Shown in pieces: positions 50,061 through 59,335 of a stretch of 64,000 bases of DNA. Both the position numbers and the translations under genes were made by a program. Within the stretch, counting starts at the first letter, position 1. Each line of letters starts with the position of its first letter. The DNA comes from an uncultured Christensenella sp. Lineage in GTDB: Bacteria > Bacillota > Clostridia > Christensenellales > UBA1242. The DNA is taken from the NCBI GenBank assembly GCA_905207515.1, contig CAJLLK010000001.1, positions 12,782 to 76,781 of the forward strand, read 5' to 3'. Under the pieces are notes generated by a model. The model was given only the letters and a program-made list of their open reading frames with translations, did not search any database and had not been told where the DNA came from.

Positions 50061-50900
50061 ATGATAAAAATCATTGTAGATAGCACGGCTTACACGCCAA
50101 AAGAATATGCAGAAACAAACGACATCACGGTTATTCCACTCAGAGTTTTGTATAAAGACAAAGAATTTGACGAAGGTTTTCCAGGAACTTATGACGAATT
50201 TTTTGAAGATTTCACAAAGACAAAAGTTTTTCCAAAAACCAGCCAACCTTCGCTCGAAGCTTTCACTGAAGAATATAACAAAGCAATAAAAAACGGAGAC
50301 GAAGTTTTGGTCTTCACAATCAGCAGCACACTTTCTGGCACTTACAGCGTGGCAAACCTTGCAAAAGAGCAGTGCGATGACCCAAGCAAAGTCTATGTTA
50401 TTGACACTTTGGCAAACACTCAAACAATTTTGGGCTATGTTATGGAAGCGGTCAACATGCGCAGTGCTGGCGCAACTTGTGAAGAAATCATCGCAAAAAT
50501 AAACAGCTTCATGGACAACAGCGCCGTTTCTTTCATTCCTGACACGCTGGAATATTTGGCTAAAGGCGGAAGAATTGGAAAAGTCACCGCCACTGTTGGT
50601 TCAATTTTGCAAATCAAACCGATTGTCACCTTCAAAAAAGGTGTTTTGACAAACAAAAAAAGTTTTGGAGTGCAAAAAGCCATCAAAGACTTGATTGCAA
50701 CACTTCCAGAAAAAATCAAAAGACTGTTCATCATTCACATTGCAAACACGAAGTTTTTTGAAATGCTCAAAAAGTTTGTTTACGAATTTTTGAATAAGCG
50801 CAAAGACAAAGATACAATTGAAGTTTATGAAGGCGAAGTTGGCCCTGTCAACGCCACCCATGTCGGCCCTGCAATCGGCTTGGCTTGGGTAGCTGAATAA
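50061..50900 (+). CDS. DegV family fatty-acid-binding protein (FakB-like)
   Basis: MIKIIVDSTAYTPKE, TSQPS, ISSTLSGTY. Confidence 0.9.
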   Translation: MIKIIVDSTAYTPKEYAETNDITVIPLRVLYKDKEFDEGFPGTYDEFFEDFTKTKVFPKTSQPSLEAFTEEYNKAIKNGDEVLVFTISSTLSGTYSVANLAKEQCDDPSKVYVIDTLANTQTILGYVMEAVNMRSAGATCEEIIAKINSFMDNSAVSFIPDTLEYLAKGGRIGKVTATVGSILQIKPIVTFKKGVLTNKKSFGVQKAIKDLIATLPEKIKRLFIIHIANTKFFEMLKKFVYEFLNKRKDKDTIEVYEGEVGPVNATHVGPAIGLAWVAE

Positions 50901-50940
50901 TTTTTGCGCGTCTTAGAAATCTAGATACTGGAGAAGAAAT

Positions 50941-51669
50941 ATGATAAAAAAAACTGTTGTTATAATCGGAGCGTCAAGCGAAATCGGTCTTGAAACAGCC
51001 AAAATTTTTGCTGAAAAAGGCTATAGCTTGGCACTGACTTTCTGTTCAAACGAGATTGACTTTGAAAAAGAACTCAAAATAAAAAATTTCAAAACTTACA
51101 AATTAGATTTGAAACAAAAAGAAAAAATTGCCACTGTTTTCAATCAGATTGGCAAAGATTTTGACTACATAGACAGCCTTGTTTTTGTCGCTGGAAAAGC
51201 TCAAAAGCGAAATTTGATTGTCGATGTCACCGACCAAGAAATCGACGATATCTTTGAAATCAACACCCTTTCTGCAATAAGATGCATCCGAGAATTTTGC
51301 AAGCTGACAGTAAACAAAAATCCGTCAAACATTGTGCTTGTTGGCAGTTTTGTTGAAAAAAATGGTTGCTCTTGCGAAAGCGTTTACACAGCAAGCAAAA
51401 GCGCTCTCACTGGTCTTTGCAAGTCACTTTCGAGCGAACTTGGAAATTTGCAAGTGCGAATAAATGTCGTCGCCCCTGGCTTTATTGACACAAAAATGAA
51501 CAACAACCTTGACCAAGAAGAAAAAGATGAAATTGCATCAATGACTCCAATTCAAAGATTGGGGAAAACAAGTGATGTGGCATCTTTGATTTATTTTTTG
51601 AGCAGTGAAAATTCGAGTTTTATAACTGGTCAAACAATCTGCGTCGACGGCGGTTTGATATTGGAATAG
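50941..51669 (+). CDS. SDR family oxidoreductase (FabG-like)
   Basis: VVIIGASSEIGLE cofactor loop, YTASKSAL (YxxxK), GQTICVDGG. Confidence 0.88.
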   Translation: MIKKTVVIIGASSEIGLETAKIFAEKGYSLALTFCSNEIDFEKELKIKNFKTYKLDLKQKEKIATVFNQIGKDFDYIDSLVFVAGKAQKRNLIVDVTDQEIDDIFEINTLSAIRCIREFCKLTVNKNPSNIVLVGSFVEKNGCSCESVYTASKSALTGLCKSLSSELGNLQVRINVVAPGFIDTKMNNNLDQEEKDEIASMTPIQRLGKTSDVASLIYFLSSENSSFITGQTICVDGGLILE

Positions 51670-51840
51670 CCACCTTTTTAATTCTCAAATTTTTATTCGA
51701 CAACTTTGAAAAATAATTTTAAAAAATAATTATAATTTTGTAAAAAAATCGAAAATTGTCTACTTTTATTTTGTAAATCGAAAATTTTGTGTTATACTAA
51801 AATCAAATTAATTATCTTCAAAAGAAGAAAAGGAGTGCTT

Positions 51841-53025
51841 ATGGCAAAAAAAACTGCTTATGAATTTAAAAACTTGACAAAATCTCAACAAGATTGTTTG
51901 TCTTTGATTGAAACTTTGGGAATTTATGAACTTAGAGCTTTGGCAAGAGTTTTCGGAGACAACTCCCCTACAACTCTGAAAAGAGACGACCATATCAATA
52001 TCGTTATGAACAAAATCATCTCTGGCGAAGATTTGAAACCTATTCCACTCAGACAAGGCCGCCCATATAAAGAATTGTCAAACATTGAAGGCATTTTGGC
52101 AGAACTTTCTCATATCACCGGGAAAGATTATTCTTTGGCAGCAAATCAACAAAAAAACATTTCAAGTGTTCCAAAATTTGTCACATTTAAACAAGTGGAA
52201 GATGAAGTTTTTCAAAAGAAACTCTATCCAATTGAAGCACGCGGCGTGCTTTATGAACGAAACGAAAAAGAATTTGTCTTCTTAAATCAAGACAATCATA
52301 AAAATGTGCTTGTCAAAAAAGATTTAGACACCCGCCTTAAACCTTATGACTATGTGGTTGGCACAGCTGTCATCATGAACGAAGACAAAGAATATATGCT
52401 TGACGAAATCAAATACATAAACTTTCAACCTGTTAAAAGTTATAAAGAAACAATAAACAAATATGGTGACCCAGCTCAACCTTCAAAGAAGATTAAGCTT
52501 GACGGAAAAGAAATTCTTTTGGGCTCAAGATATCTGATTGAAGAAAGCAAATTCACTGACAACATCGAAAAAACAAAGAAGATGCTTAAAGAATTGAAAG
52601 CGCAAAACATCATCACTTTGGGCTTAATTCCAAATGTTATGCAAGAAGACTTGTTGACAATGCAACAACTTGGCTTTTCCAATCTCTTTATCATGAAATA
52701 TGATGAACGTCCATTTGAGTCCTATGAAATCTTGCGAGTGTTTGTAGAATACGTAAATCGTTTGCAAGACATGGGCTTCAGTTTGGCAATTTTTGTTCAA
52801 GATTTGACAACTTTGGCAAACGCTGTTGACTTTGCTTACAAAAACAATGTCAAGGCATTCATGGGGCACACAGAAATCGCCGTTGAAAGCATAAAACAAC
52901 TGATGCTTTTGGCAAAAAATGGTGGAGAAAACAAAACTACAACTCTTTTCACCACTTTGGACGAAGCTGATATGTTTGACCAAATGTATGTTTCGTCAGT
53001 TTACAAAGTTTCTAAAAAATTGTAA
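51841..53025 (+). CDS. Rho-like protein lacking Walker A and the DERPEE catalytic motif (start refined to ATG 51841)
   Basis: Collinear by eye with Rho. Rho_N-like LGIYELRALARVFG...KRDDHINIVMNKI; CSD-like ARGVLYERNEKEFVFLNQ...KPYDYVVGTAV...YMLDEIKYIN; FIMKYDERPFESYEILRVFVEYVNRLQ..LAIFVQDLTTLANAV aligns to [39 protein letters not shown]. The P-loop position reads LIEESKFTDNIEKT. SD is AAAGGAG. Confidence 0.7.
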   Translation: MAKKTAYEFKNLTKSQQDCLSLIETLGIYELRALARVFGDNSPTTLKRDDHINIVMNKIISGEDLKPIPLRQGRPYKELSNIEGILAELSHITGKDYSLAANQQKNISSVPKFVTFKQVEDEVFQKKLYPIEARGVLYERNEKEFVFLNQDNHKNVLVKKDLDTRLKPYDYVVGTAVIMNEDKEYMLDEIKYINFQPVKSYKETINKYGDPAQPSKKIKLDGKEILLGSRYLIEESKFTDNIEKTKKMLKELKAQNIITLGLIPNVMQEDLLTMQQLGFSNLFIMKYDERPFESYEILRVFVEYVNRLQDMGFSLAIFVQDLTTLANAVDFAYKNNVKAFMGHTEIAVESIKQLMLLAKNGGENKTTTLFTTLDEADMFDQMYVSSVYKVSKKL

Positions 53026-53056
53026 AAAGCAAGGCTTGTTCCCTTGCTTTTTTGTT
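53023..53056 (+). terminator. Terminator after the Rho-like gene
   Basis: AAAAAGCAAGGcttgttcCCTTGCTTTTTTGTTT; same stem and tail as the SRP RNA terminator. Confidence 0.8.
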
Positions 53057-53084
53057 TGACTTTTTCGCTCAATGTTCATATACT
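53056..53084 (+). promoter_or_regulatory. lgt promoter
   Basis: TTGACT (53056-53061), 17 nt, TATACT (53079-53084); SD TGGAG. Confidence 0.55.
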
Positions 53085-53102
53085 TAAACTATTGGAGTTT
53101 CA

Positions 53103-53960
53103 ATGGGCGAAATTGTTCTTTCAATCCCAAGCGGATTTGACCTTTTTGGTTTGCACATAAATTTTTACGGCATCACAAGTGCCCTGTCTTATCTCATGGG
53201 CATTGTTATCACCTGCCTGATTGCAAAAAAACGCGGTTTCAAAACCGAAGACATCATCACGCTCGCTTGTTATGTTGTGCCAATGGCGATAATTGGCGCA
53301 AGACTTTATTATGTTTTGTTTAGGCTGGAATATTACACCAACTTTTGGGACATCTTCAAAATTTGGGAAGGCGGACTCGCTTTTTATGGCGGCCTAATTG
53401 GCGGAGCAATTGCCGTTTTGATTTATTGCGCCATTCACAAGAAAAATTTCTTCGCACTTTTGGATATAATTGCCCCATCACTGATTTTTGGGCAAGCCTT
53501 GGGTCGTTGGGGAAACTTTTTCAATCAAGAAGCCTATGGGTTTTATGTCGACAACCCAAATTTGCAGTGGTTTCCGTTTTCAGTTTTTATTGACGACTGC
53601 AACCAACCTGACTGTGCTTGCGGTGGAGCTGGCGGATGGCATCTTGCCACCTTTTTCTATGAAAGCATGTGGAACCTGATAACTTTTGCCATTCTTATGC
53701 ATTTACTTTACAAAGTCAAATTCAAACAAAACGGAATGGTCGCCGCCTACTATCTGATTTTGTATGGAATTGGCAGAATGTTCATTGAGGGCTTGCGAAC
53801 TGACAGCTTATATCTTGGCTCAATCAGAATTTCTCAACTTTTGAGCGTGATTTTTGTTGTTTTGGGAGTTTGCTGGGTTTTGTATTACACCATCAAAAAC
53901 AGAAAACGCAAAGACAGTTTTTCGATTATCATGGATGTTTTGAAAAACGACCTGAAATAA
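53103..53960 (+). CDS. lgt: Prolipoprotein diacylglyceryl transferase
   Basis: YGITSALSYLMG, GARLYYV, GGLAFYGGLIGG, GRWGNFFNQEAYG, PTFFYESMWN-like. Confidence 0.93.
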   Translation: MGEIVLSIPSGFDLFGLHINFYGITSALSYLMGIVITCLIAKKRGFKTEDIITLACYVVPMAIIGARLYYVLFRLEYYTNFWDIFKIWEGGLAFYGGLIGGAIAVLIYCAIHKKNFFALLDIIAPSLIFGQALGRWGNFFNQEAYGFYVDNPNLQWFPFSVFIDDCNQPDCACGGAGGWHLATFFYESMWNLITFAILMHLLYKVKFKQNGMVAAYYLILYGIGRMFIEGLRTDSLYLGSIRISQLLSVIFVVLGVCWVLYYTIKNRKRKDSFSIIMDVLKNDLK

Positions 53961-53970
53961 AATCACATCT

Positions 53971-54489
53971 TTGAGCCATATTAAAAGCATGAATGGCAGA
54001 TTTTGGGGAATAAAAAAAAGCTTTCTTTTGAAAGCACACGCGGTGCTGTCTTTTTTGCTTTTTGTGGCTTTTGTTTTTTTGTCAATCTATCTCTTCAAAA
54101 AACCGACATTGTGGTTTTATAGTTTCAGCCTGTTTTTGGGAGATTTTGAAATTTTTAAAAGCATTTTGTTTAAACTTGACAGTGCTTTCTATCTTGGCGT
54201 CTTGCTGCTTGGAATTGGCATTTCTGGTTTCGTGTTTCTTTACACAAACACAATGTTTTTTGCGCCATTTTACATCAGTTTGGCGTTTATCGTGGCTTCG
54301 CTTATGACCGCGGTGGTTTGCGGACAAAGATTTCACCTGACAATTGCATTTTCGCTAATTTTCGTCACACTTTACGCCTTTTTGTGGACAAAAAATTTGA
54401 TAACTTTGCCGATTTTTATTGCTTTTATAACCCCTTTTCTGATATTATTAATATTAGAAATAATCTTAAATTTGAAACGGAGAAGTTGA
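53971..54489 (+). CDS. Hypothetical polytopic membrane protein (start TTG 53971 or ATG 53989)
   Basis: 172 aa, about five TM helices; no motif recognised. Confidence 0.45.
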   Translation: MSHIKSMNGRFWGIKKSFLLKAHAVLSFLLFVAFVFLSIYLFKKPTLWFYSFSLFLGDFEIFKSILFKLDSAFYLGVLLLGIGISGFVFLYTNTMFFAPFYISLAFIVASLMTAVVCGQRFHLTIAFSLIFVTLYAFLWTKNLITLPIFIAFITPFLILLILEIILNLKRRS

Positions 54490-54490
54490 A

Positions 54491-55123
54491 ATGTTTTCTC
54501 AAGAAATAAATGGCTATAAAAAGACCGAAGTGGACAATTTTATTCAAAGAATGAAAGCCAGCTATGAAGCAAGACTGATGGAAGAAAAATTGAAAGCTTT
54601 GGAAAGCGAAAAAAAAGTTTTGGACCTGAAAAATGAGCGTCTTGTCATTGAAAACAAAGAAAAAAACATCATGACCGCTCTCAATGTCATTGAAAAAGCA
54701 AAAAAATTTAACGAAGAAGGCTCGAACAATTTTTACAAACTTCTGATGGACAAACTTGAACTGCTTGTCAAAGAACTTAACATAAAATATTCTCAACTTA
54801 AGCGCGACCAAAATTTTGCAGATATATTGTCAGAATTTTCAAATATGCTGAAACAGTATAAAGAAAATTTGAAGAAATCCAGCGACATAACCAACCCAAT
54901 TTATTCTGACAACGACAGCATGCGACTTTTGCTCAACAAAATGCAAGACTATAAAAAAGGTCAAGACGCACCAAAAGAAGTGCACATTCAAACAACAAAA
55001 CATATGCCGCCAAAGCCGTCAACCGACCAAAGCGAAAGTGGATTTAGCTTGGAAGAAGCCTTAAATCCAACTGAAGACCTTGAAGAGATTATGAAAGCGT
55101 TTGACTTTTATAATAAAAATTAA
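54491..55123 (+). CDS. DivIVA-domain protein
   Basis: N-terminal FSQEINGYKKTEVDNFIQRM (DivIVA signature F..GY...EVD.F) followed by a coiled coil. Confidence 0.7.
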   Translation: MFSQEINGYKKTEVDNFIQRMKASYEARLMEEKLKALESEKKVLDLKNERLVIENKEKNIMTALNVIEKAKKFNEEGSNNFYKLLMDKLELLVKELNIKYSQLKRDQNFADILSEFSNMLKQYKENLKKSSDITNPIYSDNDSMRLLLNKMQDYKKGQDAPKEVHIQTTKHMPPKPSTDQSESGFSLEEALNPTEDLEEIMKAFDFYNKN

Positions 55124-55138
55124 CAAAGGAGAGAAAAG

Positions 55139-55390
55139 ATGATAGAATACAAATTTGACACCCAACTTTTGCTTGAAGGGAAAAACTTGTCTGATGAAAA
55201 AATCAAACAATATATCACAGACAACATCGAAGGAGATTGTTTGTTGGTGGTTGGCGACGACGAAATGATAAGATTGCATTTTCACACAAACACACCTTGG
55301 AAAGTTTTGGAATATTGTGACTCTCTCGGCGACATTCAAGACATTGTTGTCGAAAACATGGAAAGACAAGCAAACGGCTTGAATGGTTAG
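55139..55390 (+). CDS. Stand-alone 83-aa protein matching the segment just after the Dak2 domain of FakA/YloV
   Basis: GDCLLVVGDDEMIRLHFHTNTPWKVLEYCDSLGDIQDIVVENMERQ mirrors the FakA segment GDSLLVV.DE..VKVHVHT..PG.V......G.L...KVENM..Q. Strong SD AAAGGAGAG. Confidence 0.65.
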   Translation: MIEYKFDTQLLLEGKNLSDEKIKQYITDNIEGDCLLVVGDDEMIRLHFHTNTPWKVLEYCDSLGDIQDIVVENMERQANGLNG

Positions 55391-55403
55391 TTTAAAACAA
55401 AAA

Positions 55404-55430
55404 AAATAAAGCAAAACCGCTTTATTTTTT
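55404..55430. terminator. Bidirectional terminator between convergent genes
   Basis: AAATAAAGCaaaaccGCTTTATTTTTTT. Confidence 0.65.
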
Positions 55431-55443
55431 TATCTAATTTTTT

Positions 55444-56382
55444 CTAAAAGAAGATTGTCAAAAACATGCCTGTCGCCACCCCGATGCAATATTGCAAAAG
55501 CAAAATTCCAAAGTTTTGAAGCATATGTTTTTTGTTTCGGCTGAACAAAATGAACAATCCCACGCCTGCACCCGCAGAAAGCCCTGCAACCAACGCCGGA
55601 AACGACAGCGTTCCATAGATGAACAGTTCCACAAGCAAAACTGAAGATGCACAATTTGGAATGAGCCCAATCAAGCTTGCAATCAAAACCTGAAGATACA
55701 TGTTTGTTGTCAGCAAATTTTCAAGCGCTTCCGTTCCACAATAACCGATAATCAAGTTGATAATTAAAGTCGCCACAAAAATGTAAATCACAATGCTGAA
55801 TGTGTGTTTAAATGCGTCCAAGAAGATGTTGTCTGCGCAGCAATCACCGTGTTCGTGCCCGCAGTCAGATTTACAATGGTCGCAATGCACATGACCGCAC
55901 TCATGTTTGTGACTGTGCGGTTCATTTGAAACCACTTCGACATTGACAGCGTGTTGCTTTTTGCGACTTGAAAAAATCTTGACGCCCAAATCGACCAAAT
56001 ACCCCCAAAAAATGGCAAAAACAATCTTCACGCCAATCAAAATCAGCATATCGATGATGCTGTCTGGGTTTGAAATCATGATTGGAATTGCTTCGTCAGA
56101 TGTTGCCACAAAAACTGCCACCAAAGTGCCGAGCGAGACCTTTTTCTCTGAATAAAGGTCAGCAATCACCGAAGAAAACCCGCACTGTGGCACACATCCC
56201 AAGAAAGCGGCATATAAAACACTGGTTTTTCGGTTTTTAGCCAAAAATCCACTGAATTTGTGGCTGTGGTCATGCGACAAAAAAGAAACCAAAAGGTATG
56301 CCAGAAAAAGAATAGGCAAAACCTTTAAGCAATCCAAAACCGCATCATATAATCTGTCTGCAAAAATTTCCATAACCGCCAT
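55444..56382 (-). CDS. Putative 10-TM heavy-metal exporter (ArsP_2-like); start ATG 56382 or 56373
   Basis: FLGCVPQCGFSSVIADLYSEKKVSLGTLVAVFVATSDEAIPIMIS matches my recollection of the ArsP_2 family core. Central loop HSHKHECGHVHCDHCKSDCGHEHGDCC is His/Cys-rich. Confidence 0.6.
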   Translation of the reverse strand: MAVMEIFADRLYDAVLDCLKVLPILFLAYLLVSFLSHDHSHKFSGFLAKNRKTSVLYAAFLGCVPQCGFSSVIADLYSEKKVSLGTLVAVFVATSDEAIPIMISNPDSIIDMLILIGVKIVFAIFWGYLVDLGVKIFSSRKKQHAVNVEVVSNEPHSHKHECGHVHCDHCKSDCGHEHGDCCADNIFLDAFKHTFSIVIYIFVATLIINLIIGYCGTEALENLLTTNMYLQVLIASLIGLIPNCASSVLLVELFIYGTLSFPALVAGLSAGAGVGLFILFSRNKKHMLQNFGILLLQYCIGVATGMFLTIFF

Positions 56383-56452
56383 TATTATAACACAAGTGAT
56401 AAAAAATGCAAATTTTTTTTATAAATTCTTTAATTTTAAAACAGTCAAAAAG

Positions 56453-56481
56453 TTGACTATTTTGTCAAGCCTATGTAAAAT
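56453..56481 (+). promoter_or_regulatory. ABC transporter gene promoter
   Basis: TTGACT (56453-56458), 17 nt, TAAAAT (56476-56481); the leader carries SD TAGGAG. Confidence 0.55.
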
Positions 56482-56511
56482 AAACTTTATCAAAACATTT
56501 AGGAGTTTTAA

Positions 56512-58623
56512 ATGCAAAACAAAGAACTTGAACTCATCAACGTAAACAAAAAATACAAGCTTTCAAACAAAGAAAGTTTTCAAGCGCTGTATGACATTTC
56601 AATTTCATTTGACAAAGGCGAACTTGTTTCCATTGTCGGCGAAAGCGGAAGTGGAAAATCTACGCTTATGAACCTTATTGGCGGTCTTGACAGCGATTTC
56701 ACTGGCACAATCATCTCTGGCGGAGAAAACTTGGGCAAACTTTCTGACAAACAGCTTGACAAATATCGAAAAAACAAAGTCGGCTTTGTTTTTCAATCGT
56801 TCAATCTGATTTCTCATCTTTCAATTTTGGATAACGTCACCCTTGCTCTCACACTTTCAAATGTTGGAGAAAAAGAAAAAATTTCCCGCGCAACCGAAAT
56901 CTTGAAACGTGTCGGACTTGAAGACCAACTCAAGAAAAAACCGACGCAGCTTTCTGGCGGTCAAAAGCAAAGAGTTGCCATCGCCCGTGCGCTTATCAAC
57001 GACCCTGACATCATCATCGCCGACGAACCAACTGGTTCGCTTGACAGTGGCACTTCCATGCAAATTTTGGAAATTTTGAAAGAGATTGCTGACAGCGGAA
57101 AATTGGTCATCATGGTCACCCACTCAGAAAAAGTGGCTTCAGTTTCTTCAAGAGTGGTCGAAATTTCTGATGGAAGAATAATAAGTGACCACCAAAATCC
57201 AAATTACAAGAAAAACAAACCAAAAATTTTAGAAGAAAAACAAGAAAATTCGACAGAAAACAAAAAACAAGTCAAAAACTTTAAAGAAAAACAAAATCTC
57301 TCAATGTGGTCGGCAATCAAACTTTCTTTTCACAACATGTGGGCAAGCAAAGTGAAAAACTTTCTTATGGCATTTGGCGTTGCCATCGGAATTGGCAGTT
57401 TGATTTTGATGATGTCGTTCAGCTCAGGCATAACAGACTATATCAACAACCTTATGAAATCATATTCCGACCCGACAATTGTGACGATTTCAAAGAAAAG
57501 CGAATCCACCGACCCAATAGAATATTTCAACAATGCTTCTTTTACGGATGAAGAAATTTCAACATTAATAGAAAACATAAACGCTTATCTCGCAGAACAA
57601 AATCTTGATTTTACTGTTGCAAATGGTGAAAATGGCAATGTTGATTATGGATTTGGAATGTTCACAGCTTTGTCAGATGCAAAAGTAAACTTTAGTCCAA
57701 GCGGAAATTATATTCAAAACGAAGAAGACCCTGACTATGACATTGTTTCACAAAAAATTTATTATTTATATTCTATTCCGCCTTATTATACCCAACAAAA
57801 TGTTATAGATGGAGAAATGAGCTCTGCTCCTGTTTTGGACAATGACGGAGACATGATTGGTGGCGGAGGTTTTATGTTTACTCCAACCATTTCAAGGCTG
57901 TTTGGAGAAGATGAAGATATGCTTGGAAAAGAAGTTGAAATTTCATTTACGATAGGTGGAAACAAACTTGATTTTAAAGATACAATTTGCGGTGTTATGG
58001 ACACTTCTGTCATGTCAGGTTTCCTTGTTGTTTATGTTGATTATGACTATTTGCAATATCTTTTCCAACAAAACAACGTAGACTTTGCCCCTACCACCAT
58101 TTACATCCAAACTCCTTCTGAAGAAATCACCAATGCGATAAACAGATATATTTCCACCACCGAAAACTATGTTGGCTCAATTGAAGAACAACTTGCAAAC
58201 ATGTTCAACAACATGCTCAGCATCATCGGAACTTCACTTGTTGTCATTTCATGCATTTCACTTGTTGTTTCCGCAATGATGATTTTGGTGGTTTTGTATA
58301 TGAGTGTCACCGAACGCACAAAAGAAATCGGCGTTCTCAAGTCCATTGGTGCACGAAGAAAAGACATCAAGCGAATTTTCACATCTGAAAGCTTTTTGGT
58401 CGGCGTTTTGAGTGGTGTCTTTGGCATTTTGTTTAATCTGATTTTGACACTGGTGGTTTGGCTTGTTTTGACCAGCACAATTGGCTTGGCGCCGATTTCA
58501 TATCGCTGGTGGTATTTTGTGGTTGCTCTTGGTGTTTCTGTTGTCATAAGCATGCTCGCCGGGCTTTATCCAGCAAGCAAAGCAGCCAAACTTGACCCTG
58601 TTGAAAGCTTAAGAAGAGAATAA
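56512..58623 (+). CDS. Fused ABC transporter ATPase-permease (MacB/FtsX type)
   Basis: N-terminal Walker A GESGSGKST, signature LSGGQKQR, Walker B IIIADEPT. Then a TM helix, a periplasmic-type domain of about 300 aa, and a C-terminal FtsX 3-TM block (ERTKEIGVLKSIGARRKDI). Confidence 0.9.
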   Translation: MQNKELELINVNKKYKLSNKESFQALYDISISFDKGELVSIVGESGSGKSTLMNLIGGLDSDFTGTIISGGENLGKLSDKQLDKYRKNKVGFVFQSFNLISHLSILDNVTLALTLSNVGEKEKISRATEILKRVGLEDQLKKKPTQLSGGQKQRVAIARALINDPDIIIADEPTGSLDSGTSMQILEILKEIADSGKLVIMVTHSEKVASVSSRVVEISDGRIISDHQNPNYKKNKPKILEEKQENSTENKKQVKNFKEKQNLSMWSAIKLSFHNMWASKVKNFLMAFGVAIGIGSLILMMSFSSGITDYINNLMKSYSDPTIVTISKKSESTDPIEYFNNASFTDEEISTLIENINAYLAEQNLDFTVANGENGNVDYGFGMFTALSDAKVNFSPSGNYIQNEEDPDYDIVSQKIYYLYSIPPYYTQQNVIDGEMSSAPVLDNDGDMIGGGGFMFTPTISRLFGEDEDMLGKEVEISFTIGGNKLDFKDTICGVMDTSVMSGFLVVYVDYDYLQYLFQQNNVDFAPTTIYIQTPSEEITNAINRYISTTENYVGSIEEQLANMFNNMLSIIGTSLVVISCISLVVSAMMILVVLYMSVTERTKEIGVLKSIGARRKDIKRIFTSESFLVGVLSGVFGILFNLILTLVVWLVLTSTIGLAPISYRWWYFVVALGVSVVISMLAGLYPASKAAKLDPVESLRRE

Positions 58624-58642
58624 AAATCGAAAAAGGTATCTT

Positions 58643-59296
58643 ATGATAAATGTAAAAAGATTTTTGAAAGAAAACTCTGATTTGCGATATGCCGAATTCA
58701 ATAAAAAATTTATTAACACACGCTATCTTATCATCGGAGTTCGTCTTCCAACATTGCAGAAATTTGCAAAGGAAATTGAGCCTGAATATATTGAATTTGA
58801 TGAAAATTTGTCTCATGAAGAAATCATGTTGTACATTTATTGTGCCGGCTGCTTTAAAACAGAAGATGAACAACTTGAATATCTTCAAAACATCTTGCCT
58901 TACATCGACAATTGGGCAACCTGCGACTGCACAGGAGCATTAAAAAAGTTGAAAGGCGAAAAATCTTTTCAATTCTTTTCCAACCTCATAAAAAGCGATA
59001 AAGAATTTGAAATTAGGGCTGGAATAATTGGTTTCATGAAAAACTTTCTTAAAACAGGAAAATTAAATGAGATTTTGGCTCAAATCAGAGAAGTAAAGTC
59101 AGACGCATATTATGTCAAAATGGGCATTTCATGGTTTTATGCAGAGCTTTGCGCCTTTAACAGTGAACTTGCTGTCGAAGAAATCAAAAACACACAAGAC
59201 AAATTCATAAGAAACAAATCAATTTCAAAAGCCAAAGAAAGTTTCAGAGTCTCTGCCACAACAAAAGCAGAATTGGAAAAACTTAGAATGAAATAA
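58643..59296 (+). CDS. DNA alkylation repair protein (AlkD-like HEAT repeats)
   Basis: FLKENSDLRYAEFNKKFINT...IGVRLPTLQKFAKEI and IDNWATCD resemble the DNA_alkylation family. Confidence 0.7.
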   Translation: MINVKRFLKENSDLRYAEFNKKFINTRYLIIGVRLPTLQKFAKEIEPEYIEFDENLSHEEIMLYIYCAGCFKTEDEQLEYLQNILPYIDNWATCDCTGALKKLKGEKSFQFFSNLIKSDKEFEIRAGIIGFMKNFLKTGKLNEILAQIREVKSDAYYVKMGISWFYAELCAFNSELAVEEIKNTQDKFIRNKSISKAKESFRVSATTKAELEKLRMK

Positions 59297-59335
59297 AATT
59301 TTCAATCAAAAAATTTGCTGATTTTAAACAATAAA

